64,000 bases of DNA from Octopus vulgaris (Eukaryota): contig OX597841.1 in NCBI GenBank assembly GCA_951406725.2, forward strand, positions 11,098,001 through 11,162,000. The letters are read 5' to 3'. Positions 1-14,385 of the stretch are shown in pieces. How positions within the stretch are numbered: position 1 is the first letter of the stretch; every line of letters starts with the position of its first letter. The notes below the pieces were generated by a model. That model was not told where the DNA came from, made no database searches, and worked only from the letters and a program-made list of their open reading frames with translations. Both the position numbers and the translations under genes were made by a program.

Positions 1-406
1 TCCCAGACGGACAGAATTTTCACTTTTATTAATATAGATTTATCTTAATTATATAATTTTAGAATTGTTATAGTTATTGCTGATAAAACAGCTGTTTCGT
101 AATGATATATCTGTGAAATTTATGCCAGAATGCCTCACAGCGGGACTTGAACCCCAAATCACACAAACTTCTTAACCAAACATCCCTTCTGGCTTCTGTC
201 TATATACCTGGAGGTGAAAGGCATGTGTGCCTCTGCATATAAGGATATATCTGAATCTCAACAGTGTGTGTGTATACATATATATATATATATGCACATG
301 TATACATGTATGTATATAGAATCATGGATATGTGTGTGCATGTGTACATAAATGTGTATGTATATGTGTATAAGTGTGTGTGTGTTGTGTATATATAGGA
401 GTGTGC

Positions 407-451
<45 letters not shown>

Positions 452-1042
452 CATGTATGTATTTGTGTTTATGTATGAATATATGGAGAGTAGGAGGAAG
501 AGGAGGAAAAAGTCCAGCTGAATTGTCATTACTACCCCCACACCCTGCTTATGTGTATATGTGTGGTGTATATATATATATGTGTGTGTATATGTGTGGT
601 GTATATATGTACATTGTGTGCCTGTCATGTGAAATTTCATAGTCTGTTGAAAGTAGGTCAACTTGTATTTCTCGTCAGTGTGTGTGTATAGATATATATA
701 TCCAGGCGTAGCCGTGTGGTGAGAACTTTGCTCCCCAACCATGTAGTTCTATGTTCAAACCCATGGCGCAGCACCTTGGCTAGGTGACTTCTACTATGGC
801 CTTGGGCCGACCAGAGTCTTCTGAGTGCATTAGATTGGAAACTGAAAGAAGACCATCGTATATGTGTGTGTATGCATGCATGTGTGCTTTGGTTGACCTG
901 AGGCTGTAGTAGAAGACACCTACCAAAGGTGCCATGGACATACATATAAATATATGTATTTATATGTGTATAGATATATATATTTGTGTGTGTGTGTATA
1001 TATATATATACATATTTATATGTGTGTGTGTATATATATATG

Positions 1043-1079
<37 letters not shown>

Positions 1080-1080
1080 G

Positions 1081-1137
<57 letters not shown>

Positions 1138-2096
1138 CGGGAAGGTTTACGAAAATAAACAAAAGACGAAGGCAGGTGGAGTACAAACAAATAAATGTAT
1201 TAGTATGGCGCTCAGGAATAGAAATAGAAAAAGTCTTTTACGTTTTGAGCCTATGCTCTTCGACAGAAAGATACACAGAAAAGAAACAAGGAGAGAAAAA
1301 AAATGCGTGTAGGAGCTAACGATTCAACATGGCGTTCTGGTTTCGGTCAAAAGTCAGAGATCAGACATCAGACGCTAGAGGGATATGAGGGGAGATAACA
1401 GGGTCAAGTGACCTCACCCCAACATAAGGGTGCGTGTGTGTATAAGAGAGTATGTATGTGCGTATGAAAGGTCTGGACGTGTGTATGTATGCATGATGTG
1501 ATGTGCAATGTCGTATGGTGTAGTGTAGTGTGGTGGGAGGTGGGGAAAGCCCATGTGGGGTGTGAGTTCGGCTGGGGGTTGGGGTAGAGTGGGGGTTGTG
1601 GGGAGAGAAGAGAGATGAGGGGGAGGGGAACATGTGTGTGTGTGTGTGCATATATATATATGTGGGACTGAACCTGGTACCTTGTGGTTGGGAAGTAAGC
1701 TTTTTACCACACAGCCACCCCTGCACCTATCAGCTTTATATCTCGTTTGTATTGTTGTGATGGCAGGCTTGGAAAGTCCGACTCTTCATTCAGCTTCCCA
1801 TTTCAGTTCTGTTACTTTTTTTGTTTTTGTTTTTCTCTACTCTGCCTTATTCTTTACCTCCCCCTCTCTCTCCCTCCCTCTCTCTCCCCCCTCTCTCTCT
1901 CTCCTCCTCTTCAAATATTCTTTTCAATCATTTCACTGTTGTTGCTTTTCTTTTTCCTTCAAATTTCATTTTCACTTCCTTGTTTGTCTATTTATAAATA
2001 TCTGTCTGTGTCAGCGGCTGTCATTTGCCAGGGAACAACACACTTCATTTCATGTAACTCTAAAACACACGAGAAGCAATTACCACCACCACCGCC

Positions 2097-2136
<40 letters not shown>

Positions 2137-2139
2137 TTG

Positions 2140-3675
<1,536 letters not shown>

Positions 3676-3893
3676 ATACACTCAACAGCTTAGACTGTTG
3701 GAAAAGAAAAGAATCCTAACATCGTGCTACAACAAGTTGCCTGAAATGCCAAGAACCCCCTAAAGTATTACAAGTAACCTTAGATGCCAAGAACCCTCCT
3801 AAGTATCCTAGCTGTCCCTGTTTTTTGCAGCTGTACGAAACTGGGTTTTATGCCTATTTCCTCTATCCTTCTGCTCAGATCTTTAGGGATCAT
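3676..3893 (-). mobile_element. 3' end of an R4/Dong-clade non-LTR retrotransposon
   Basis: Minus strand reads IPKDLSRRIEEIGIKPSFVQLQKTGTARILRRVLGI*, resembling the R4/Dong C-terminal LQK...GTARILRxVL motif. Its tail runs into (TAA)n. Confidence 0.65.
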
Positions 3894-3896
3894 CAC

Positions 3897-3931
<35 letters not shown>

Positions 3932-3942
3932 CCATCATCATC

Positions 3943-3987
<45 letters not shown>

Positions 3988-4022
3988 ATTATTATTATTA
4001 TTATCGTTATTTCTTTTTCCAG

Positions 4023-4051
4023 GATGCACCTCCTTCCAGACATTTGCAGAT
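4023..4051 (+). CDS. RPS6KB1: Probable 29-nt coding exon of p70 S6 kinase (DAPPSRHLQ-M)
   Basis: Acceptor ttctttttccag|, donor AT|gtgagt. Phase 0 to 2 joins in frame to the exon at 8353 (AT+G=Met). The peptide itself is not conserved, so the assignment rests on splice signals and phase. Confidence 0.55.
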
Positions 4052-4110
4052 GTGAGTACCTGTTTCTGTTTATGACCAAATTTTGGTGCCATCCGGCATG
4101 TGTTGCTGAG

Positions 4111-4141
<31 letters not shown>

Positions 4142-4474
4142 AATGTGCATTTGTACACCACTTTCTGTTTAAGATTATGGAAAAAAAAAAAAGAAAAAAA
4201 ACCCAACCAAAGCAGATCGATATCTTCGAATAAAGTGTAAGAAGCTGGCCTTTCATTCCTGTCAATCAGGTTCCCAGACTTGAGTGCAGCAGACATTGAC
4301 ATTGGCCCCATGAGGGGGCAGCCAGGGAGAATGGATGGGCTACTAGCATACCTGGAACAGGTCTGCTGTTGCACAATCACACACACACACATAAACATAC
4401 ACACACAAACACACACACACACACACGCTAGGCCCCATTATGGAACTGTTTACATATTTGGGACACTTCTGCTG

Positions 4475-4514
<40 letters not shown>

Positions 4515-4545
4515 CCTAGATCATATTTCAACGTTGGTCACACAG

Positions 4546-4584
<39 letters not shown>

Positions 4585-6689
4585 AGACAGCAGCCCCACT
4601 CCGGGTATGTGTGCAGTACTGCAATATGGTGCGCAATGCCTCTGTGTTTGTATGACATCAAATTTGTTAATTCTACCGTAATCCCTTAGTCATTCATGAC
4701 CAAAGGGGCTCTTTACCCTTCTTTGCCCTATGGAGAGGAGAGGCTGGTATGCATAAAACCATCCTGCCTGGACTTTGTGCCCAGAGGGCAACTTTCTAGG
4801 TGCAATACCAAAGGGGCTCTTTACCCTTCACCTTTATTAAAGATGGAGAGTGTGTTATTTGGTTTGTTGTTTGTAAAGGACTGCACAAAGTAAGGGAAGC
4901 AGTTGTATTAACCAAAATCACAAGATGCTATTCACTTTTGGATTAGTGAGGGGCAAAAGAAGAGCTGACCCAGCAGAAAGAGAACTCTGGCAGAGGAACT
5001 GGAACCCTGATTGTATGAGAGGACATGTCAAACCAAGTTAAAGCATGGTTGTCCTTGCATACAGGCGTGTCCCCTGCGTCCCTCTCCAGCTGAGTGTTCT
5101 TCATCTTGCAGGCTTCTGGCTGCTGCTACCACATAAAATGCACCTGTACCAGTGCTGCGTAAATGCACCCATGCTGGTGGTAGGTAAAAAAAAACACCCA
5201 GTACATTCTGTGGAGTGGTTGGCGCTAGGAAGGGCACCCAGCTGTAGAAACCAGGCCAAAACAGACACGGTGTCAGGGTAGCTGTGGTCAGCTGGCCAGC
5301 TCCTGTTAAACTGTCCAACCCATGCCAGCATAGAAAACGGACATTGAAGGATGATGATGGTGAGTCCCTCCTGCAGGCTGTCTTGATGACAAACGATGGT
5401 GGCATCATTATTATGGCCGATGATTTTAACAGATCTGCCAGACTGTATGATGGTGGCTTCTTCCTTCTTTTAGTGTACATGGAGGCTCTAGGTTCGTTTG
5501 AGCAAGGAGGAGGGATCAAAGTTCCTGGAGTTTTGTGACACAAATGAGTAAATTTCTTAGAATATAAAGTTTGTGGAAAATAACCTGCACCTCATCACTT
5601 AGCAATCTGGCAAATACAGATGCGAGAATGTGTTCATTATCACCAGAAAACAGTTTAAGCAGATGGTTACCAATGCGTGCCGAGTATTTCCCTGGTGAAA
5701 AATATACCATTGAAAGTCAGTTGGTGATTATTAATTTCAGAGTAAGAATTAGGAGAGAAAAAGGCCATTTGCAGAAGAAAGAGATGGTAGAATGAAAAGC
5801 TCTTGGATGGTGTTTGAATGCAGGAAGTTGTGATTGAGCAGAAGGGAGAGGCTTAGAACAATGAGAGAAACTGAGTTTGTTTGAGACAACTAGCAGACTT
5901 CTGGCCAGGAAAAAGTTGTAGCTGATGTGGTGGTCAAACAGAACTATAATGGCTTATGAGACAGAGTTGGGACGACAGGAAGAAAGAAGACAATAATGAA
6001 AAGAAACAAGGAGCTAGGACAGAAGCTACACGTTGAGTGTAGTTAGGCAGAAGAGTAGCAGAGAGAGAGAGAGTAGGAGGATTTGACAGCCGTCTGTTTC
6101 GTTTGAGAAGCAAGGGAGGTAAATCTTTCTTTGCTTGGTGACTGCATTGAAATCGGTTTTGTGGTTCTCTCCTCTCTGGCCAAACTCACTTCGACTTCTT
6201 GGAGTACAATATGAAAATGAATGTGAGGGCAGAGCAGAAGGGGTTGCCTTTTAATGTGTTTCTTGAAAGGTGGATGAGAGTTCCAACCACTGCCCTGGGT
6301 ATAGTTCTCTAAGTTGAAAAGTCAGAGGAAAGAAAGGTGGTGAGGACATTTTTGATGTCTTGGATACGATAGAGGGGAGTCAGAGATATTGCGAGGGCTT
6401 CCTTCAAATTACGTGTAGTGGTCTTCTCCATCATCATCATCATCATTTAACATCTGTTTTCTATGCTGGCATGGGTTGGATGGCTTTGCAGGTACTGGCA
6501 AGGCTAGGGGCTGCACCAGGTCTCATAATCTGCTTTGGCATGGTTTCTATGGCTTGATGCCCTTCATGATGCCAACCACTCGACAGAATCTTCTGGGTGC
6601 CTTTTACATGGCACCATCACCCACACTAATGCTTTTCATGTGGCACCTTGGTTTTAGGATTACAGTTCTGTTGTGGTGGGCCACATATC

Positions 6690-7160
6690 TCGGTCCTCTG
6701 TCACCTTTGTAAGGCTCAGCATTTTGAGATCTTCCTCCAATACTCCATCCCGGGTCTTCCTGGGTCTTCCTCTTCCACAACTTCCTTCCACTTTAAGTGA
6801 TCAGTGCTTCTTTATGCAGCAACCGTCCTCATCCATCCGCATCCCCTTGACCAAACCAGCGCAGTCTCCCCCCACCCCCTGCACACTGCATCTAATTCCT
6901 CTCATGCCCCAACTTCTCTCCCAATGCACCAGTGCTCTGTTGCACATACACACTGACATCACACATCCAGTGGAGCATACCAGCTTTGTTCTTCTCCAGC
7001 CCTTGTATGCCCTCCACATTCAGGCCCTACATCTCTCTACCATGCAGCATCACAGTTCGTACACCTGCATCATACAATCTTCCCTTCACTCAGGCAGAGA
7101 AATCTTTGGTTGCCAATGGAGACAAAAGCTCTCTGCACTTTCTCCATCCTTCCCAAAATG
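6690..7160 (-). mobile_element. Degenerate RTE-clade LINE ORF2 3' fragment
   Basis: Homologous to 16749-17340 (MDED..IKK, GRGRPRKT motifs) but with frameshifts. Confidence 0.75.
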
Positions 7161-8352
7161 AAGTATTTTCCTTGTTGAAACTTTTATTATGTTGCATCAT
7201 ATCTTTCCACACAACGTTATATCTCATCTCTCATAACTTTATATTTCCATCTCTTTTAATGCGACATCTTATATTTTTGTTCACTTTATTTGCATTTTAT
7301 ATTTCCTCCTTTCTATTGTCTTCAATGTCTCGAGTCTTCCTTGTCAAGAAAAGGAGTCATCATCATCATCATCAAGGCAGTGTTTTTGTGTTCTGAGTTC
7401 AAATTCCACCAAGGTCAACTTTGCCTTTTTTTTTTAGGGGTGGGGGCAATAAATTAAGTACCAGTTGCATACTGATGTTGATTTATCTCCTTCCCCTAAA
7501 TTTTAAGCCTTGTGCCTTCAGTAGAAAGGATTATTATTATTATTATTAAGGTGTATTAAGGTGTTGAGCACATTAAGGTGTTGAGCTGGCAAAATCATTA
7601 GCATATTGGACAAAATGCCTAGTGGTATTTCGCCTCTTGCTGCTTTCTGAGTTCAAATCCCGCTGAGGTTGACTTTGCTTTCCATCCTTTCAGGGTCGAT
7701 AGATTAAGTACCAGTGAAATACTGAAGTCAATGTCATTGACTTGTCCCCTCCCCCCAAATTTCAGGCCTTGTGCCTTCAGTAGAAAGGATTATTATTATT
7801 ATTGTTGTTGTTGTTGTTAGTTCAGGTGAGGCCGCATGGCCCAGTGGTGAGGGTGTTGCACTCGGGATTGCAATGTTGTTGTTTCAGTTCCTAGATTTGG
7901 TGGTGCCTTGTGTTCTTGAGCGAAACACCTCAGCTCGCATTGCACTGTAATCACTTCAACACACCTGACGCATGGCACACAGTGTACCTGTCCAGGTAAA
8001 TATCAATTTGGTGGAACGAGTGAGCTAACGTACAGAATGAACCTTCAATCATCGTAAACAAACCATTTGTGCAGGTCCTTCAGCAAAAGCTGAACGCTCG
8101 TGCATTGTCTTTGACAGAAGAGTTCAGGATTATTACTATTAAGGCAGGAAGCTGGAAGCATCGTTAGTATGCCAGATTAGCAGCTAATCATCCGTTTTGA
8201 CAATCTGAGTTCAAATTCCACCAAGGACCAGTTGTACACTAGGACTGATATAATCAATTTACTCCCTCCCCCCGAAATTGCTGGCCTTGTGCCAAAATTT
8301 AAAATCATCATCATCATCATCATCATTGTTGTTATTATTATTATTATTTTAG

Positions 8353-8469
8353 GAATGGTGATATGGAGACTGTAGAATTGTCTGATGAGACGGTCAATCC
8401 CGGTCAGCACAAAGTTGGTCCACAAGACTTCAGCTTCTACGAGTTCTTGGCAAAGGAGGTTATGGAAAG
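8353..8469 (+). CDS. RPS6KB1: p70 S6 kinase exon NGDMETVELSDETVNPGQHKVGPQD(F)QLLRVLGKGGYGK, kinase subdomain I, with a 1-nt deletion at about 8429-8431
   Basis: Acceptor tttttag|, donor AAG|gtaagt. Matches the S6K1 motif ELLRVLGKGGYGK and upstream (E)ISETSVN. One extra base is needed in GAC TT CAG to keep frame. Confidence 0.9.
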
Positions 8470-9811
8470 GTAAGTGATATCTCCCATATCCAACTTGGAG
8501 GACATGGGTGCAGTGTAGTCTAGACCAGGGTTTGAACTCTGCTCACACGGAAGAGAATAGAATAAAGAGTACTGACCGATGCCATTCCCTCTTTCTTTCT
8601 CTCTTTCCCCCTCTCTCTCTCTCTCTCTCCCCACTCCGCGGTGGAAGGAGGAAAGACATTTACCCTTTAGCATTTAAGCTGGTCATCATCTGTTTTATGT
8701 TCCAACTGACTGGATCGGGCCTCTCTCACCTACCCTACAATGTCGTTCTAAAAACAAACAATCCCATCAAAATCTCGAAGCCATGAGATGATGTATGGTT
8801 AACTAAAAACATCATCATCGTCGTCATTATCACTTAACATCTGTTGTCCCTGCTGGCTTGGGTCGGACATTGTGACCAGAGCTGGCAAGCTGGGGAGCTG
8901 CACCAGCCCCCAGTCTGGCTTAGCATGGTTTCTACAGCCGGATGCCCCTTCCCTAACATCAACCACTTTACAGACTGTTCTGCGTGCTTTCACGTGGCAC
9001 TTTTGTGTGGCACCACACGGGTGCTTTTACGTGGCAATGCCACAAGTGCTTTACGCTACCAAAGGGGTTGGTCTCAGCCCTTCTTCTGTGAGTAAATGAG
9101 CATTACATTCAACAGAGTAATCGGAATGCTAAATGGTTAAGGAATAAGAAAAAAAAATCTCCTCTTTCAATGTTAATGATGGTCACCCCCATCGATTTCA
9201 ATGCATGACGGCTATTGAGGACTACCAGGAAAGAAAGTGTCCCCTAATAGAAATATCAGTCCAAGCAGATGATAATGTACATGTTTAAAAGAGCTAGAAA
9301 AATGATCAAAATATAAAGATCTGCAAATAGAGACAACCAGAATGTTAGGAATGAAAGCAGAAACAGTCAATATCATAAGAGATGAGAATAATCAAAGACT
9401 GTGCAGACAAATGCATTGGCACCACCTCAGAATCTAAGAATATAACATAAAGAAAATAACACTGACAGCAGGTATGTGGGGTACTTTCAATAGAGTGGAA
9501 AAAACCCAAAGGAAACCATGGCACTATCCCTGTCCAAGGCACATAGAGCTGTACTCAGTAGGGCAGTGAAAGCTTGCAATAAAAATAATATTCCTGAAGA
9601 ATAATAATAATTCTTTCTATTGGAGGAGCCTAGTCGACCCCCAAAAGGATGAAAGGCAAAGGTGACTCAGAATTTGAACTCAGGACATAAAGACGCATGA
9701 AATGCCGCTAAGTACTTTGTCCAGTGTGCTGACCATTCTGCCAGCTCACTGCCTTAAACAACAACAACAATAATAATAAATAGAAATTCTTTTTGTCGTT
9801 TCTGTTAACAG

Positions 9812-9880
9812 GTTTTCCAAGTGCGTAAAGTGTCGGGAGATGACAAAAGTCAGATCTTTGCAATGAAGGTCCTTAAAAAG
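9812..9880 (+). CDS. RPS6KB1: p70 S6 kinase exon [23 protein letters not shown] (catalytic Lys, subdomain II)
   Basis: Acceptor tctgttaacag|, donor AAG|gtttgt, 69 nt, phase 0/0. Matches S6K1 [23 protein letters not shown]. Confidence 0.93.
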
Positions 9881-9968
9881 GTTTGTAGTGGTCACTCCTT
9901 CTTTCTTTCATCTTTTCTTTTGGGAAACCATTTTCCTTATTGTCAGCATCATGAATGTTTCCGTTACA

Positions 9969-11562
9969 TGAACCAGTGAGGGAGCTTCTATGTAATCGCT
10001 TGACCCTTACTCAATGAAACAACTAAATCACCTCTTAATAAACTCCCTCCTGTCTTTTAAAATAGGGACCTATATGAACCAGTGAGGGAGCTTCTATGTA
10101 ATCGCTTGACCCTTACGCAATGTAACAACCAAACCTCTCCCTCAGCAAATTCCCTCCTATCTTTAAAATAAGGACCATATGAACCAGTGAGGGAGCTTCT
10201 ATGTAATCGCTTGACCCTTACGCAATGTAACAACCAAACCTCTCCCTCAGCAAATTCCCTCCTATCTTTAAAATAAGGACCATATGAACCAGTGAGGGAG
10301 CTTCTATGTAATCGCTTGACCCTTACGCAATGTAACAACCAAACCTCTCCCTCAGCAAATTCCCTCCTATCTTTAAAATAAGGACCATATGAACCAGTGA
10401 GGGAGCTTCTATGTAATCGCTTGACCCTTACGCAATGTAACAACCAAACCTCTCCCTCAGCAAATTCCCTCCTATCTTTAAAATAAGGACCATATGAACC
10501 AGTGAGGGAGCTTCTATGTAATCGCTTGACCCTTACGCAATGTAACAACCAAACCTCTCCCTCAGCAAATTCCCTCCTATCTTTAAAATAAGGACCATAT
10601 GAACCAGTGAGGGAGCTTCTATGTAATCGCTTGACCCTTACTCAATGAAACAACCAAACCTCTCCCTCAGCAAATTCCCTCCTATCTTTAAAATAAGGAC
10701 CATATGAACCAGTGAGGGAGCTTCTTTGTAATCGCTTGACCCTTACTCAATGAAACAACCAAACCTCTCCCTCAGCAAATTCCCTCCTATCTTTAAAATA
10801 AGGACCATATGAACCAGTGAGGGAGCTTCTTTGTAATCGCTTGACCCTTACTCAATGAAACAACCAAACCTCTCCCTCAGCAAATTCCCTCCTATCTTTA
10901 AAATAAGGACCATATGAACCAGTGAGGGAGCTTCTTTGTAATCGCTTGACCCTTACTCAATGAAACAACCAAACCTCTCCCTCAGCAAATTCCCTCCTAT
11001 CTTTAAAATAAGGACCATATGAACCAGTGAGGGAGCTTCTTTGTAATCGCTTGACCCTTACTCAATGAAACAACCAAACCTCTCCCTCAGCAAATTCCCT
11101 CCTATCTTTAAAATAAGGACCATATTGAACCAGTGAGGGAGCTTCTTTGTAATCGCTTGACCCTTACTCAATGAAACAACCAAACCTCTCCCTCAGCAAA
11201 TTCCCTCCTATCTTTAAAATAAGGACCATATGAACCAGTGAGGGAGCTTCTTTGTAATCGCTTGACCCTTACTCAATGAAACAACCAAACCTCTCCCTCA
11301 GCAAATTCCCTCCTATCTTTAAAATAAGGACCATATGAACCAGTGAGGGAGCTTCTTTGTAATCACTTGACCCTTACTCAATGAAACAACCAAACCTCTC
11401 CCTCAGCAAATTCCCTCCTATCTTGTAAATAAGGACCATATGAACCAGTGAGGGAGCTTCTATGTAATCGCTTGACCCTTACGCAATGTAACAACCAAAC
11501 CTCTCCCTCAGCAAATTCCCTCCTATCTTTAAAATAAGGACCATATGAACCAGTGAGGGAGC
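9969..11562. repeat. 105-bp tandem satellite, about 15 copies, truncated by the gap
   Basis: gaaccagtgagggagcttct recurs every 105 bp (10181, 10286, 10391, ...). Confidence 0.97.
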
Positions 11563-11662
11563 NNNNNNNNNNNNNNNNNNNNNNNNNNNNNNNNNNNNNN
11601 NNNNNNNNNNNNNNNNNNNNNNNNNNNNNNNNNNNNNNNNNNNNNNNNNNNNNNNNNNNNNN
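11563..11662. other. Assembly gap (100 N, true size unknown)
   Basis: Run of 100 n. Confidence 1.
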
Positions 11663-11774
11663 AAAAAAGAATATCTGTGTGTGTGCGTGCACATATATAT
11701 ATATATATAAATATATATGCAATGAGTTATATGATACAATAAGTACAGTATGTATAAGTGAATATAAATAAATA

Positions 11775-12112
11775 GGCGCGGGAGTGGCTGTGTGGCATCT
11801 TGGGCAAGTGTCTTCTGCTATAGGCCCGGGCCGACCAAAGCCTTGTGAATGGATTTGGTAGACGGAAACTGAAAGAAGCCTGTCGTATATATATATAAAT
11901 GTGTGTGTGTGTGTGTTTGTCCCCCTAGCATTGCTTGACAACCGATGCTGGTGTGTTTACGTCCCCGTCACTTAGCGGTTCGGCAAAATAGACCGATAGA
12001 ATAAGTACTGGGCTTACAAAGAATAAGTCCCCGGGGTCGAGTTGCTCGACTAAAGGCGGTGCTCCAGCATGGCCGCAGTCAAAATTGACTGAAACAAGTA
12101 AAAGAGTAAAGA
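11775..12112 (+). mobile_element. tRNA-derived SINE family A, internally deleted copy
   Basis: ggagtggctgtgtgg A-box head, cttgggcaag motif, internal (TG)n, gtaaaagag tail. Other copies at about 705-860, 17856-18210, 36950-37352(-), 46320-46490(-), 50630-51045(-), 61255-61660(-). Confidence 0.85.
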
Positions 12113-12317
<205 letters not shown>

Positions 12318-12419
12318 CATATATATACATATATATATATATATACATATATATACAGATATATATATACACACACATATATATACATATGTATATATAT
12401 ATATATACATATATATACA

Positions 12420-12450
<31 letters not shown>

Positions 12451-13032
12451 GTATTTATGTATGTATACGTGTGTATATATATATATATATATATACATTA
12501 TACATACCTATATATAGATATATAGGTATATATATACCTATATATGCAATTGACATGCCGGCGCAAACTCTTATATAATACTTATGTAATTATATATACG
12601 TGTGTGTATATATGTGTGCGTGTGTATGTGTATTTATATAATATAGACGCGATAAAGGTGATGAGAGACAGTGAGGGAGTGACGGAGAGAGAAAGGAAGA
12701 GAAAGAGAGAGAGAGTTAAGTATACATCGCTCTTTCTCTCTCTCTTTCGCTCTCTCTCTCGCTCTCTCTTCCTCTTTCTCACTCTCTCTATCTCTCTTTC
12801 TCTCTCGCTCTCTCTTCCCCTTTCTCACTCTCTCTCTCTTCCTCTTTCTCACTCTCTCTCTCTTCCTCTTTCTCACTCTCTCTCTCTCTCTCGCTCTCTT
12901 CCCCTTTCTCACTCTCTCTCTCTCTCTCTCTCTCGCTCTCTCTTCCCCTTTCTCACTCTCTCGATCTCTCTCTCGCTCTCTCTTCCTCTTTCTCACTCTC
13001 TCTATCTCTCTCTCTCTCTCATCGCCGATACC

Positions 13033-13305
13033 TATAAACAGACGGACGGAGCCATGCTGTTTAGTTTCGCAGCCTACATCTCAATGCTAGAACTGCATTC
13101 GTAGAAGAACGACACGATAGATTTTTCTTCACTCACGCATACGCAAACAGCCACACATTCATCCATTCACGCAGATACATCTATAATATTATATACATCT
13201 CTCTTTTATATACACACCTCATACATAAATATATATATATATATACATACAGAGTTAGGTTGCTTAGTTTCGAAGTCTGCCTTGCAAATCTCCGTCCCAC
13301 GAGAG
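13033..13305 (+). promoter_or_regulatory. Candidate FECH promoter and non-coding first exon
   Basis: (CT)n tract at 12730-13020, TATAAA at 13033, and a strong donor GAG|GTGAGT at 13305/13306. The FECH ATG exon has an acceptor, so an upstream exon must exist. Inference only. Confidence 0.35.
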
Positions 13306-13635
13306 GTGAGTGCTTGTTTATATATACATTCCTAGACTTTCTCTCTCTCTCTCTCTCTCTCTCATTCTATACAAGCCCTCTCATGCATTTTTTCGTGTTT
13401 CCTTGTCCACATTTCTATAATATATACACTTATTTATCCGCATCTGCCAGTTGGTTGTTTTCCCCCAACGTATCCCACGAAAATTTTAGGGATAGAATCT
13501 CTCGACCTTAAGGGCTTAAACGAAACATTAACCCTAGACTTCGGTTGACTCGCAAGGCAGTAGGTGCCCTCTATACACACGCACACAGACATATGTGTGA
13601 TCTCTCTCTCACTCTCTCTCTCTTTATATATCTTT

Positions 13636-14010
13636 ATATATAAAAGTGAAGTTGTGTGTCTGTCTCCTTCGATTTAGATTCCTAACTACTCCCACATTTT
13701 GCGGTGCAGTTTAACCAAAACCGGGTATCTTATAGTCGTGATTCATATCGAGCCCTTCTGGGTATTAGCGCGCGTCTACGATGAGTCTACGATTTTAAAA
13801 ATAATTTACCATCATTTTTTTCCATTTTAATACATTTTTTCGCTATTATATAAGGGAAGTAACTCTCTAAAAATATCTACGATGACTCAACGATTTAAAA
13901 AAAAATTTACCATCATTTTTTTTCCATTTTTAATGCATTTTTTTGCTATAACTCTCTAAAAATGCTTTATAGTTATTTTCCCTTACAAACCTGAGCAACG
14001 GCGGGCGATA
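13636..14010 (+). mobile_element. Non-autonomous Helitron
   Basis: 5' TC...tatataaaagtgaag start. 3' sequence tttcccttacaaacc(t/c)gagcaacg..gggcgata is shared with 46888-47253 and 57050-57096. Confidence 0.6.
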
Positions 14011-14385
14011 TATATATATATATATAGCTAAATGTGTCTATAGATTTTTACGCTTGTTTCTGTGTGTGTTTGGGTATATATATATATATATATATATATA
14101 TGCATACACACACATACATATTTACATGTATGTGTGCCGTAGTGTATAGTATATATATATACTTTTATTCTTTTACTCGTTTCAGTCATTTGACTGCGGC
14201 CATGCTGGAGCACCGCCTTTAGTCGAGCAAATCAACCCCAGGACTTGTTCTTTGTAAGCCCAGTACTTATTCTATCGGCGCCTTTTGTCGAACCGCTAAG
14301 TTACTGAGACGTAAACACACCAGCATCGGTTGCCAAGCAATGTTGGGGGGGGGGGACAGACACAAACATATACACACACGTACAT

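Noticed and set aside
5400-6410. Non-repetitive, coding-like stretch in an S6K intron
   Set aside because: Broken frames and no motif I can assign. Probably a decayed retroelement, which needs blastx.
9969-11562. Regularly spaced repeats resembling a CRISPR array or repeat protein (also 24835-26700, 40793-42751, 56458-56975)
   Set aside because: Units are contiguous with no unique spacers, there are no cas genes, and the context is eukaryotic.
13033-13305. Iron-responsive element in the putative FECH 5' UTR, and short ORF MLFSFAAYISMLELHS at 13054
   Set aside because: No CAGUGN-loop hairpin seen. The transcription start is unknown, so uORF status cannot be supported.
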